Notes: generated by a model from the sequence alone, not told the origin. DNA of 64,000 nt from Macrostomum hystrix (GCA_950097015.1 CATNEN010000007.1:12152001-12216000); one strand, 5' to 3'. Shown: positions 12,931-26,801, counted from the stretch's first letter. Made by a program: numbers and translations.

Positions 12931-14075
12931 CTTATATGAGCAGATTTGGCTGCTTTGAGTGTAGAAAGATCCTGTGAGTTAAAAGATCCTGTGAGTTGAA
13001 AGATCCTGTTTCAGAGGAGCAATCCTGACGCACAGAAATCTGAAATTCTGCAGTCGCAGACAATCTCGGCTCTTCCAAGACTGTCTGCTCTGCATTTTCC
13101 CACACTGCGCCAAGCGGCATTGGGGGGAGGCGGTGTCGGGGGCAATTTCCTGGCTCCGGGCTCGCACCTCGCCTGTCGGCCCGGGCCGGGGGGGGCATAA
13201 GCAAACAAGGGTCACCAAGGCGGCCAGAAGGTATGGAGAGCATTTCCCACGCCCAGTTTTTCCTTCTGTCCAGCAGTCGCAACTCACCGTGCGGGTCCTG
13301 CGGGCGTCCACCTGCGCTAGACTGCAGCTGCTGCCTGCCGGGACTCGAATTCTACTCGTCGACCGGCCGCGCAAAGCTGACAAATTTCAGGCAAAGCTGG
13401 AAACGCCTCCGCCGGTTACTGGCGCCTTCTGGCTGTGCTGTGTGAGGCTTCAATTATTCAAGCCTTAAAGTCAGTGCTCTCCATGGCCTGTCATTGGCTC
13501 CCGGCCTGCCATCCAATCAGCAGGCCCAAGGTCCTTAGCCCAGTCTGTCAGGGCGTCTCACACTGCGAGGCCATGGCAACTGGCTAAGGGGCGAAAGGCG
13601 ACATTGTTTGAGTCCGCAGCGGGCCGTCACAGATAAGCCAGGCCGCTGGCCCACCGCTTATCGGTGCCTGATTGACAGGTAATCTTGGCGGGCCGCTCAT
13701 TCTTCTGCTTCACTCCTTGGCCTCCCGTCATGCCCGGCTCTTTTCTCCGAATTCATTCAGATTCTGCAGATTTCTGCTCAGACCCCAGGGGAGCGGCGCC
13801 TGAGCAGCATCCCCCGCCTCCGCATCCCTCAGAGCTCCGCTCTTCCAGCTTCAATGTTGGGGGCTTCGATTTGAATTCCCAAGCGAGATGATCTCTCGGA
13901 CTCCTTCGGCATGAGTGGTGGCGCTCATGGCTGAGGCAGATCTGTCAGCTTTGAAGGCAGAAAACTGGATTTTGGCAATGAGGATCTCAGCTTTTTCAGG
14001 TGACTCGTCTGGAGTTTGCACCACGCAGTCATAAGAATTCTCAATCTGAATCTTCCTTGGTGACTTTTGCGATTC

Positions 14076-14503
14076 TAGCAGTGTCAGTCACTCTCTAGCA
14101 GTGTCAGTCACTCTCTAGCAGTGTCAGTCACTCTCTAGCAGTGTCAGTCACTCTCTAGCAGTGTCAGTCACTCTCTAGCAGTGTCAGTCACTCTCTAGAA
14201 GCGTCAGTCACTCTCTAGCAGTGTCAGTCACTCTCTAGCAGTGTCAGTCACTCTCTAGAAGCGTCAGTCACTCTCTAGCAGTGTCAGTCACTCTCTAGCA
14301 GTGTCAGTCACTCTCTAGCAGTGTCAGTCACTCTCTAGCAGTGTCAGTCACTCTCTAGAAGCGTCAGTCACTCTCTAGCAGTGTCAGTCACTCTCTAGCA
14401 GTGTCAGTCACTCTCTAGCAGTGTCAGTCACTCTCTAGCAGTGTCAGTCACTCTCTAGCAGTGTCAGTCACTCTCTAGAAGCGTCAGTCACTCTCCAGCA
14501 GTC
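14076..14503 (+). repeat. 20-bp minisatellite (CTAGCAGTGTCAGTCACTCT) x~21
   Basis: Tandem units with a recurrent AAGCG variant. Confidence 0.97.
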
Positions 14504-14982
14504 ATTCTTGTTCCCTGACAATCGGGTCGCGTCAGTTGCAATCTGATTGGGATTTCCGATTCGCCAATAAGCCCATCTGCTACCGCTGAGCAATATTTAT
14601 CCCATACAGAAGTGGAGCTCATCAGCCGTGACTGCTCATGACTGATGACGCCCCGCTGCCAGCTGCGGTCCTCAATCAGACCGATTTTGTCGGCTTGGAT
14701 CCGCTTCCTCCCTTCCCAGCCTCCCAAAAATGCCAGCCCGGCCAGCTCGCATTCATCACCGGGAACAGAAGCAGAAATTGGCCTCCGGTCCGGGCCCCCC
14801 GCCAAACTCGAATCAATGGCCCGCTGATCGATGCCGTGCTCGAAGGTGGGCGGCAAACAGAGGCGGGTGATGGGATCTGCTCCGGACTGATGGGCAGGCG
14901 CCAGCACCGAGTCTGTTGGGATCCCGGCTTTGATTCCGCCTTGCGATCGAAGTGCATTCAAGGGCAGCAGTACCTGGGGTTT

Positions 14983-15546
14983 GTGCAGTCTGTGTGCAAT
15001 AGTCTGTGTGATTAGCCGTGCAGTCTGTGTGATTAGCCGTGCAGTCTGTGTGATTAGCCGTGCAGTCTGTGTGCAATAGTCTGTGTGATTAGCCGTGCAG
15101 TCTGTGTGCAATAGTCTGTGTGATTAGCCGTGCAGTTTGTGTGATTAGCCGTGCAGTCTGTGTGATTAGCCGTGCAGTCAGTGTGCAATAGTCTGTGTGA
15201 TTAGCCTTGCAGTCAGTGTGCAATAGTCTGTGTGATTAGCCGTGCAGTCAGTGTGCAATAGTCTGTGTGATTAGCCGTGCAGTCAGTGTGCAATAGTCTG
15301 TGTGATTAGCCGTGCAGTCAGTGTGCAATTGTCTGTGTGATTAGCCGTGCAGTCGGTGTGCAATAGTCTGTGTGATTAGCCGTGCAGTCGGTGTGCAATA
15401 GTCTGTGTGATTAGCCTTGCAGTCGGTGTGCAATAGTCTGTGTGATTAGCCTTGCAGTCAGTGTTCAATAGTCTGTGTGATTAGCCTTGCAGTCAGTGTG
15501 CAATAGTCTGTGTGATTAGCCTTGCAGTCAGTGTGCAATAGTCTGT
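14983..15546 (+). repeat. 21/35-bp minisatellite
   Basis: Units of GTGCAGTC[AGTGTGCAATAGTC]TGTGTGATTAGCC. Confidence 0.95.
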
Positions 15547-16059
15547 TTGCAGCCGTAGAGTTTGAAAACCGGGTTTCATCGAGTGCGCAATGAGCACTCT
15601 TAAATTTGGGTCACGCAGTGAGTCGGAGTGCAGGGCGAGCTAAAAATAGACGCAAACGGCCTCTTGACCCGCTGGCGGAATGCTTTCTATCTGCAGCGGC
15701 ACCGCGGGCGGCTCTGAGGAAAAGCTTCTCGAAGCGGCGGACACGGAGTTCGGCAATTAGGAAAACTCGGCAGAGGACGCAACAGCGGCAGCCGCCGCAA
15801 TCGCCCATGCCGATGGATTATCGGTGTTCCGGCAGCGCGCGGGACCGCTGATCATCGATTTCTGCCCGCTCAGCTGATCCCCGGCGCTGCCCGGGCGCTG
15901 ATCCTCTCCAGCTCCCATTCTCACTCGACTACAACTCAATTTCCCACTCGGCCTGGCCAGTCCGCGCGAGCTTCCCCCGCCCCATATTGGAGAGGGGATC
16001 ATGTGGCGCTGCCGATCGATACCACAGCCTGCCTGCCTGCTTGCTCTGGCTGCCTGAGC

Positions 16060-17039
<980 letters not shown>

Positions 17040-17359
17040 TCCACGAGTTGATTAACATAAAAATGCGTAAAACTAAAAACTCGAAAATTTAAAAGATTTG
17101 GAAATTCGAAGAAAAGACGACATGCAGGTCCTGGTCGCTAAGGACTCATTCAATAATTTAACATCGCATCTCACGTAAGTTTTGTTGCAGACCGCGGGGG
17201 GCGTGACAAAATTGCACACACTTTGCACTCCCATTGTACATCTACTGCACATTGCGCAAAAGCAGTCCCTCTTCAAAGAAAATAATTTCCAAAAAAGAGA
17301 AAACTATTTGAGGCTACTATGAGTAGTTAGGAGCGTAAAGTCATCGGCATCGGCTCCGA

Positions 17360-17686
17360 TCAGGCCGGCTGCAGCTGGCCTGAGGAGCAGCTGCCGTTCC
17401 GCAGCCCGCCGACATCCGCAGCCGCCGCCATCAGGCAGGCAGCTGGCGGCTCGTGCTGGAAGAACAGGCAGCCCGCAGTGAACAGGCAGCGCTGGGCGCA
17501 GGCGGTGAATGTCGGCGAGCCCGTATCCTCCGGGCGCAGCGACAGCAGGCTCCGGTTGGCGCACTTTGTGGACTGCACGACTTGCCAACAGGCCGACGCG
17601 TCCGATGGTGCTACGGCCGTCGCCATCAGCAACAGCAGCAGCAGCAGACTGAGCATCAGCAATGACAGATTCAATGTCGTCTTCAT
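17360..17686 (-). CDS. Small secreted Cys-rich protein with a PAN/apple-like domain (108 aa, intronless)
   Basis: MKTTLNLSLLMLSLLLLLLLMATAVA is a strong signal peptide. It is followed by ...TFTACAQRCLFTAGCLFFQH..AACLM, the C-xxx-C-x5-C-xxF PAN pattern. Codon usage is GC-rich. Confidence 0.65.
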   Translation of the reverse strand: MKTTLNLSLLMLSLLLLLLLMATAVAPSDASACWQVVQSTKCANRSLLSLRPEDTGSPTFTACAQRCLFTAGCLFFQHEPPAACLMAAAADVGGLRNGSCSSGQLQPA

Positions 17687-17874
17687 AGCGAACTCTGTGA
17701 ACTCCCGAAAACTAAAATTGAAGTTTGACATTGAATTGCATGCAAATCTAAGAGCTGACCTCAAAGAATCTCATCAGTAAGAGTTCTCAAAAGAATCTGA
17801 GAAGTATTCTCAAAAGAATCTCATATGTCCTTCCTTCCTTTCCTTCCTACTATACTAAATGTCTTAAGTTTGTG

Positions 17875-18284
17875 TATATATACTGTTTATATACTGTTTA
17901 TATACTGTTTATATACTGTTTATATACTGTTTATATACTGTTTATATACTGTTTATATACTGTTTATATACTGTTTATATACTGTTTATATACTGTTTGT
18001 ATACTGTTTATATACTGTTTATATACTGTTTATATACTGTTTATATACTGTTTATATACTGTTTATATACTGTTTATATACTGTTTATATACTGTTTATA
18101 TACTGTTTATATACTGTTTATATACTGTTTATATACTGTTTGTATACTGTTTATATACTGTTTATATACTGTTTATATACTGTTTATATACTGTTTATAT
18201 ACTGTTTATATACTGTTTATATACTGTTTATATACTGTTTATATACTGTTTATATACTGTTTATATACTGTTTATATACTGTTG
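17875..18284 (+). repeat. 11-bp array (TATATACTGTT) x~37 inside the Helitron-like element
   Basis: Tandem units read directly. Confidence 0.97.
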
Positions 18285-18315
18285 TGGCGCTCTATCGTTT
18301 GAACCATTTGACGAG

Positions 18316-18795
18316 GACTACAAGGACTACTAAACTCAAGGGACTACTGAACCCAAGGACTACTGAACCCAAGGACTACTGAACCCAAGGACTACTGAAC
18401 CCAAGGACTACTAAACCCAAGGACTACTAAACTCAAGGACTACTAAACCCAAGGACTACTGAACCCAAGGACTACTGAACCCAAGGACTACTGAACCCAA
18501 GGACTACTAAACTCAAGGACTACTAAACCCAAGGACTACTGAACCCAAGGGACTACTGAACCCAAGGACTACTAAACCCAAGGACTACTAAACCCAAGGA
18601 CTACTGAACCCAAGGACTACTGAACCCAAGGGACTACTAAACCCAAGGACTACTAAACCCAAGGACTACTGAACCCAAGGGACTACTGAACCCAAGGACT
18701 ACTGAACCCAAGGACTACTAAACTCAAGGACTACTAAACTCAAGGACTACTAAACCCAAGGACTACTAAACCCAAGGAACTACTAAACCCAAGGA
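18316..18795 (+). repeat. 16-bp array (GGACTACTGAACCCAA) x~30 inside the Helitron-like element
   Basis: Tandem units read directly. Confidence 0.97.
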
Positions 18796-19233
18796 AAAGA
18801 AAAAAAACTTTTTTGAGCGCAGCAGCAAGTCTTATTCGATACAAAACTGAGTAAAGAATTTTCGAGCATTTCTGCCAGCGTTTTTACATTCGAAAGCATA
18901 AGAAAAGACTTTGAGCAAAGCCATTAGTGTAGTGCATTTGTAATTTTAACATTTTTTCAAGCATTCTTGCAAACAATATTCAATAGGATTAAAAAATTAA
19001 TGAAGATATAAAAATGTTATATTCCAAACTAAATATAGCGTTAGATATCATGGAAAGCAGCATGATATATTAAGTAAATTGCATGTAATTTGTGGGAAAA
19101 GCATTCGATATCTAGGGAATATATTGATTTCTTGAAAGGATTGCATGGGATTTCAGTCCCATAATGCTTTCAGTGAATTCTTTTAAGACGATAGCATGAT
19201 TTATTAAAGAGGCCAGCATGATTTATCGAAGTT

Positions 19234-19663
19234 AGTTCTCTGCTGCTGGGGGGGGCATTGGTTCTCTGCTGCTGGGGGACATTGGTTCTCTGCTGCTGGG
19301 GGACATTGGTTCTCTGCTGCTGGGGGACATTGGTTCTCTGCTGCTGGGGGACATTGGTTCTCTGCTGCTGGGGGACATTGGTTCTCTGCTGCTGGGGGAC
19401 ATTGGTTCTCTGCTGCTGTGGGACATTGGTTCTCTGCTGCTGGGGGGCATTGGTTCTCTGCTGCTGGGGGGCATTGGTTCTCTGCTGCTGGGGGACATTG
19501 GTTCTCTGCTGCTGGGGGACATTGGTTCTCTGCTGCTGAGGGACATTGGTTCTCTGCTGCTGGGGGGCATTGGTTCTCTGCTGCTGAGGGACATTGGTTC
19601 TCTGCTGCTGGGGGGCATTGGTTCTCTGCTGCTGAGGGACATTGGTTCTCTGCTGCTGAGGGG
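19234..19663 (+). repeat. 24-bp array (GGTTCTCTGCTGCTGGGGGACATT) x~18 inside the Helitron-like element
   Basis: Tandem units read directly. Confidence 0.97.
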
Positions 19664-19994
19664 ATAGTATTCGCATGTACCTTAGTAGCATTAAGCTGAG
19701 TTGTATCAAGCATAATTTACTTGTGTAATTTTGCCCCAATGGGGCTCTTGGTGTACAGACCGGATGTCTCAGAATGTATTCAAGCTCAGACTGACTACTT
19801 TTGTATGTAGTGAGAATTCAAATTCTCGTTGAATCGCAATAATGTATATTCACAATCAGGGAAATTAATACTGACGAAATGAGTTTTCGTTTTTTTGCTT
19901 TCATGTGTGTTTTGTCCTTCTTCATTACACAATTTTTTTTTCTGAACAGTAGTGCCCCCCAAGGGGGCTTAGTGTGCTAGTAAAAGATCTGATA

Positions 19995-20160
19995 AGAATC
20001 TCAGAAGTGTTCTCAAAAGAATCTCAGAATTGATCTCAAAAGAATCTCAGAAGTGTTCTCAAAAGAATCTCAGAAGTGTTCTCAAAAGAATCTCAGAAGT
20101 GTTCTCAAAAGAATCTCAGAAGGGTTCTCAAAAGTGTTCTCAAAAGAATCTCAGAAGTGT
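19995..20160 (+). repeat. 23-bp array (AAGAATCTCAGAAGTGTTCTCAA); the other part lies at 17763-17823
   Basis: The same unit occurs on both sides of the Helitron-like insert. Confidence 0.9.
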
Positions 20161-20732
20161 TATCAGGTGAATCAGCAGTTATTTGCAGCGGGAGATGATC
20201 GCTCACCTAGGCTGATTTGTGCAGGATGAAGCTGGTTGGTAAGGCCTGCAGTTGATGCCAAGCGGTCTGAGCAGCTGGCTCTGTGTGGAGCTGTCCCGGC
20301 CTTCTCCAGCAACTCAGCAGAGCTCAGCTTTTGCTGAAATCTGGTCGTTTTGGCTGGGGAGGATTGTTTGCTTGCCCCCGGTTGCTAAGGAGGAGTCTAT
20401 TTGGGGGCACGCGCGGCACAGCTCTGAGTTCCATTGTTTTGCTTGCCCGTGACAGATGAGGGAAAGCAGGTGGGGAAAAAGTCCTCTTGCGCGCTGCCAT
20501 AATCGAGTTATGCCCAGTCCAGGCCCTTTCAATTGTGTCAGGCGAAGTTTTCCCAATCGACAGGGCCTTGGGGGTTCCCTGAGCTTCGCCTGCTGTTCAT
20601 AATAACAACCACTTGGCTACCAAAGCTGCAGGTCAAACACGCATGCGACCTGGACCTTGAGCATACAACACATCCTGCGTCTGAGCTCCGAGAAGCTACA
20701 TTTACTACCGCTGCTTTGCTTTACATTTCCTG

Positions 20733-23572
20733 CTGACTCACCACACTATTCACTCATCACGATTCACGCTTCACACCATTCACGCATCACACTATTCACA
20801 CATCACACTATTCACTCATCACGATTCACGCATCACACCATACACTCATCACGATTCACGCTTCACACTATTCACGCATCACACCATTCACACATCACAC
20901 CATTCACTCATCACGATTCACGCATCACACCATACACTCATCACGATTCACGCTTCACACTATTCACGCATCACACCATTCACACATCACACTATTCACT
21001 CATCACGATTCACGCATCACACCATACACTCATCACACCATTCACTCATCACGATTCACGCATCACACCATACACTCATCACACCATTCACTCATCACAC
21101 CATTCACTCATCACGATTCACGCATCACACCATACACTCATCACACCATTCACTCATCACACCATTCACTCATCACGATTCACGCATCACACCATACACT
21201 CATCACACCATTCACGCATCACACCATTCACGCATCACACCATTCACGCATCACACTATTCACTCATCACGATTCACGCATCACGATTCACGCATCACAC
21301 TATTCACTCACCACACTATTCACTCATCACGATTCACTCATCACACCATTCACGCATCACACTATTCACTCATTACACTATTCACTCGTCACACTATTCA
21401 CTCATCACACTATTCACTCATCACACTATTCACTCATTACACTATTCACTCATTACACTATTCACTCATTACACTATTCACTCATCACGATTCACTCATC
21501 ACACCATTCACGCATCCCACTATTCACTCATTACACTATTCACTCATTACACTATTCACTCATTACACTATTCACTCATCACACTATTCACTCATCATAC
21601 TATTCACTCATCACACTATTCACTCGTCACACTATTCACTCATTACACTATTCACTCATTACACTATTCACTCATTACACTATTCACTCATCACACTATT
21701 CACTCATTACACTATTCACTCATTACACTATTCACTCATTACACTATTCACTCATCACACTATTCACTCATCATACTATTCACTCATCACACTATTCACT
21801 CGTCACACTATTCACTCATTACACTATTCACTCATTACACTATTCACTCATCCCACTATTCACTCATCATACTATTCACTCATTACACTATTCACTCATT
21901 ACACTATTCACTCATCACACTATTCACTCATCATACTATTCACTCATCACACTATTCACTCATCATACTATTCACTCATTACACTATTCACTCATCATAC
22001 TATTCACTCATTACACTATTCACTCATCCCACTATTCACTCATCATACTATTCACTCATCACACTATTCACTCATCGCACTATTCACTCATCATACTATT
22101 CACTCATTACACTATTCACTCATCCCACTATTCACTCATCATACTATTCACTCATCACACTATTCACTCATCGCACTATTCACTCATTACACTATTCACT
22201 CATTACACTATTCACTCATTACACTATTCACTCATCCCACTATTCACTCATCACACTATTCACTCATCACACTATTCACTCATCACACTATTCACTCATC
22301 ACACTATTCACTCATTACACTATTCACTCATTACACTATTCACTCATCACACTATTCACTTATTACACTATTCACTCATCACACTATTCACTCATCACAC
22401 TATTCACTCATCACACTATTCACTTATTACACTATTCACTTATTACACTATTCACTCATTACACTATTCACTCATTACACTATTCACTCATTACACTATT
22501 CACTCATTACACTATTCACTCATTACACTATTCACTCATTACACTATTCACTCATTACACTATTCACTCATTACACTATTCACTCATCCCACTATTCACT
22601 CATCACACTATTCACTCATCACGATTCACGCATCACACCATTCCCGCATCACACTATTCACTCATCACGATTCACGCATCACGATTCACGCATCACACTA
22701 TTCACTCACCACACAATTCACTCATTACACTATTCACTCATCACACTATTCACTCATTACACTATTCACTCATTACACTATTCACTCATTACACTATTCA
22801 CTCATTACACTATTCACTCATTACACTATTCACTCATCACACTATTCACTCATCACACTATTCACTCATTACACTATTCACTCATTACACTATTCACTCA
22901 TCCCACTATTCACTCATCACACTATTCACTCATCACGATTCACGCATCACACCATTCCCGCATCACACTATTCACTCATCACGATTCACGCATCACGATT
23001 CACGCATCACACTATTCACTCACCACACAATTTACTCATCACGATTCACTCATCACACCATTCACGCATCACACTATTCACTCATCACGACGATTCACGC
23101 ATCACACTATTCACTCATCACACCATTCACACATCACTCTATTCACTTATCACACAATTCACTCGTCACACTATTCACTCGTCACACTATTCACTCGTCA
23201 CACTATTCACTCATCACACTATTCACTCGTCACACTATTCACTCGTCACACTATTCACTCATCACACTAATTACTCATCACACTATTCACTTATGACACA
23301 ATTCACTCGTCACACTATTCACTCGTCACACTATTCACTCGTCACACTATTCACTCATCACACCATTCACACATCACTCTATTCACTTATCACACAATTC
23401 ACTCGTCACACTATTCACTCGTCACACTATTCACTCGTCACACTATTCACTCATCACACCATTCACACATCACTCTATTCACTCATCACACCATTCACAC
23501 AACACTCTATTCACTTATCACACAATTCACTCGTCACACTATTCACTCGTCACACTATTCACTCGTCACACT
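20733..23572 (+). repeat. 2.8-kb 17-bp (CACACTATTCACTCATT/C) and 12-bp variant minisatellite
   Basis: Tandem units, more homogeneous in the centre. Confidence 0.97.
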
Positions 23573-23947
23573 AGAAAGAATATTGTATTATATATCTATT
23601 TGGTTCTCTAGTATTCAGTTATTTTTCGTGCTCTCAAACAGAAAGTGCAGAGGTAAGCCGGTGGTGCCTCTAGCCAATCAGAACTGGATTAAAAGGCTGG
23701 GCGGGATAAGAGGCAACAGAGGGAGAAAGGTGGCTGCTAGCCAGGGTAGAAAAGCTTAGAAGTACATGTCAGATAGTGCCGCACTAAAAGCGCCTTGAAA
23801 ACGAAGCTCATAGGTGCAAGCCATATTTATAGTACATTTCTAATCTAAAGTTTACGAATTAAACATTTGTTCTTCAGCCATTTCAAAGTGCATTCAATCT
23901 TCGCTGTGTTCAGCAGCCGTCAGCCTGGCATCCTGGGCTGCAGTTGG

Positions 23948-24851
23948 CTACACAAATGGAGACAGGCACTCCGCCAGCATTCCATTGTATTTGTAATCCA
24001 CTTCCTTGACGTCCTTCAGCCGCTCCTGTGTTGACGACATGGCCACGGTGTTCTCCAGGCCGTCCGCTGAATTGCTGGGCTCGCCCGAGCTCCACAGGCT
24101 GGCATCCACGGAGGTGTTTCACGCGCCCCAGAGCCAGCCTCCGGCCGGTTCAGCGCTGCCTGGCAGCTGGCGACTGCCCAGCAGGACTTCAGTCCAGCTG
24201 TACTTCGTAATCAGGCTCTTGAGGTGCAGCAGCTCGGTCAGGTCCGTCACGTCAGCCATGATGACAAGGCCGTCCAGCGAGTCGATTGCCGCCTTGCCGA
24301 GACTCCAGTCGGTCACGCCGCCGACCAGCTTGTAGGTGGCATGCCGCAGAGGCTCTCCGAATCCTGCAGGACACAGGGCGCCATCGGGCAGTCCCGGCTG
24401 CCTCTTGACGAACACGGAGCCGGTGCGGTTACAGCTGCACGAGTCTCTCACGGCCTTGCTGCAGTGGTCGAACACGAACAGCCGACACGGACCGTCCACG
24501 GAAGGCCTGGCAGCGGTCTCGGTAGTCGCACAGCTGAGCGCAATGCCTCTGGCTCTGAGCCTCCGAGTGCGTCTCCGAAAAGCTGCTGGCAGCAGCCATG
24601 AGGACTACAATGGGCTGGGCCGATGCCATCCTGCTGGACACTGCAGCCATGAGGACTACAATGGGCTGGGCCGATGCCATCCTGCTGGACACTGCAGCCA
24701 TGAGGACTACAATGGGCTGGGCCGATGCCATCCTGCTGGACACTGCAGCCATGAGGACTACAATGGGCTGGGCCGATGCCATCCTGCTGGACACTGCAGC
24801 CATGAGGACTACAATGGGCTGGGCCGATGCCATCCTGCTGGACACTGCAGC
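23948..24851 (-). pseudogene. Disrupted PAN/apple + C-type-lectin-domain gene (frameshift at ~24500, in-frame TGA at 24121-24119)
   Basis: The frame ...SQRHCAQLCDYRDRCQAF shifts to VDGPCRLF...LCPAGF...YKLVGGVTDWSLGKAA..MADVTDLTEL..VLLGSRQ...GGWLWGA. After the TGA the same frame continues NTSVDASLWSSGEPSNSADGLENTVAM...LKDV...MLAECLSPFV* (stop at 23950-23948), matching the CTLD W..GEP.N...EN motifs. Confidence 0.75.
24592..24851 (+). repeat. 51-bp perfect repeat x5 in the N-terminal coding region of the lectin pseudogene
   Basis: Unit GCAGCCATGAGGACTACAATGGGCTGGGCCGATGCCATCCTGCTGGACACT. Confidence 0.97.
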
Positions 24852-25125
24852 CTGCGGCACTTCTCTTGTGCGTTTTCATCAGGCGTTGAATAATAAATTA
24901 GTGACTGGGCAGGTGGGAGACGAATCTGATTATCCAGTTCTTTATGAGGCTCAACAGCCCGCTGAATTTTAATCGCATGGCTGCAAACTCAAGCTGGGCA
25001 TTAATGAGATTAACTGGCTAAATGCCACTGTGAGATTAGCACTGGACAGTGCTCTGGTCCCAGTAGCTTGTAAAATAAAATAAGGCTCATATGGCATTGG
25101 CCGGGATGCTGACTAATGAGCAAAA

Positions 25126-26268
25126 CTACTAGAATTCATGTGCGAAGTTCCTGCTCTGGCTGTCTGGAGTCTAGCAAGCTTTGTAGAACTAGAATTCATG
25201 TGCGAAGTTCCTGCTCTGGCTGTCTGGAGTCTAGCAAGCTTTGTAGAACTAGAATTCATGTGCGAAGTTCCTGCTCTGGCTGTCTGGAGTCTAGCAAGCT
25301 TTGTAGAACTAGAATTCATGTGCCCAGTTCCTGCTCTGGCTGTCTGGAGTCTAGCAAGCTTTGTAGAACTAGAATTCATGTGCCAAGTTCCTGCTCTGAC
25401 TGTCTGGAGTCTAGCAAGCTTTGTAGAACTAGAATTCATGTGCCCAGTTCCTGCTCTGACTGTCTGGAGTCTAGCAAGCTTTGTAGAACTAGAATTCATG
25501 TGCCCAGTTCCTGCTCTGGCTGTCTGTAGTCTAGCAAGCTTTGTAGAACTAGAATTCATGTGCCCAGTTCCTGCTCTGACTGTCTGGAGTCTAGCAAGCT
25601 TTGTAGAACTAGAATTCATGTGCCCAGTTCCTGCTCTGGCTGTCTGGAGTCTAGCAAGCTTTGTAGAACTAGAATTCATGTGCCCAGTTCCTGCTCTGAC
25701 TGTCTGGAGTCTAGCAAGCTTTGTAGAACTAGAATTCATGTGCCCAGTTCCTGCTCTGGCTGTCTGTAGTCTAGCAAGCTTTGTAGAACTAGAATTCATG
25801 TGCCCAGTTCCTGCTCTGACTGTCTGGAGTCTAGCAAGCTTTGTAGAACTAGAATTCATGTGCCCAGTTCCTGCTCTGGCTGTCTGGAGTCTAGCAAGCT
25901 TTGTAGAACTAGAATTCATGTGCCCAGTTCCTGCTCTGACTGTCTGGAGTCTAGCAAGCTTTGTAGAACTAGAATTCATGTGCCCAGTTCCTGCTCTGGC
26001 TGTCTGGAGTCTAGCAAGCTTTGTAGAACTAGAATTCATGTGCCCAGTTCCTGCTCTGGCTGTCTGGAGTCTAGCAAGCTTTGTAGAACTAGAATTCATG
26101 TGCCCAGTTCCTGCTCTGACTGTCTGTAGTCTAGCAAGCTTTGTAGAACTAGAATTCATGTGCCCAGTTCCTGCTCTGGCTGTCTGGAGTCTAGCAAGCT
26201 TTGTAGAACTAGAATTCATGTGCCCAGTTCCTGCTCTGGCTGTCTGGAGTCTAGCAAGCTTTGTAGAA
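25126..26268 (+). repeat. 60-bp satellite x19
   Basis: Unit AGAATTCATGTGCCCAGTTCCTGCTCTGGCTGTCTGGAGTCTAGCAAGCTTTGTAGAACT. Confidence 0.98.
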
Positions 26269-26801
26269 CGATTTCATTTTTTTACCTGATCGCTCAATTA
26301 TTTTTAATATTCTTTTTTTAATGCTGCATTTCAATTCCTGAAACTAAATTTCATGTCAGGCTGTGACTTACACAAACAGCGACTTTAATAAAACAAATTC
26401 GGAATTTGAGTCAGTAGCGAAAACTTTCTGGGCGTCATTGTAAACTGAAGTTCATTTCGCCAGACTTGATCTCATTTCTCTTTTCTATCATTTATATCTC
26501 TTTCTAGCGCATCCGTCTTTCTAACTATTATAATCTGCTTCTTGTTATCAACTCGCATGTTTACTGATTCAGAATAAGTCAGCCATACCAGTTCAGGTCA
26601 ACATCACACTATAGACCCTGGATACTGCTCCGGGCTATTGGCTTCACCTTAGAAGTGCACGCCTGCCCAGTTAATTCCCGTGCCCAGTGCCGCGGTGTTC
26701 TCAACTCACAAGACAGCGGGCGTGATCAAGGAGCAGCTGGGATTGAAACACTTCACTGGAGTCTGCGCAATTTCTGCATTTGCTTTTTACCAGCCTTTTA
26801 C

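Larger units (their letters stand above)
17846..19980 (+). mobile_element. Non-autonomous Helitron-like element carrying three internal tandem arrays
   Basis: 5' end is (TTCC)n-TCCTACTATACTAAA. 3' end is the hairpin GCCCCC-CAA-GGGGGC (19954-19968) followed by GTGCTAG|T. The element interrupts an AAGAATCTCAGAAGTGTTCTCAA repeat present on both sides (17763-17823 and 19995-20160). Confidence 0.6.

Noticed and set aside
20657-23574. 879-aa His/Thr-rich ORF
   Set aside because: Translation of a stop-free 17/12-bp minisatellite.
25113-26289. Repeat-protein ORFs from the 60-bp array (likewise 29224-30625, 53370-54558 and 55166-55776)
   Set aside because: These are perfect DNA arrays. Two lie inside defined calcyphosin introns, and the others lack coding context.
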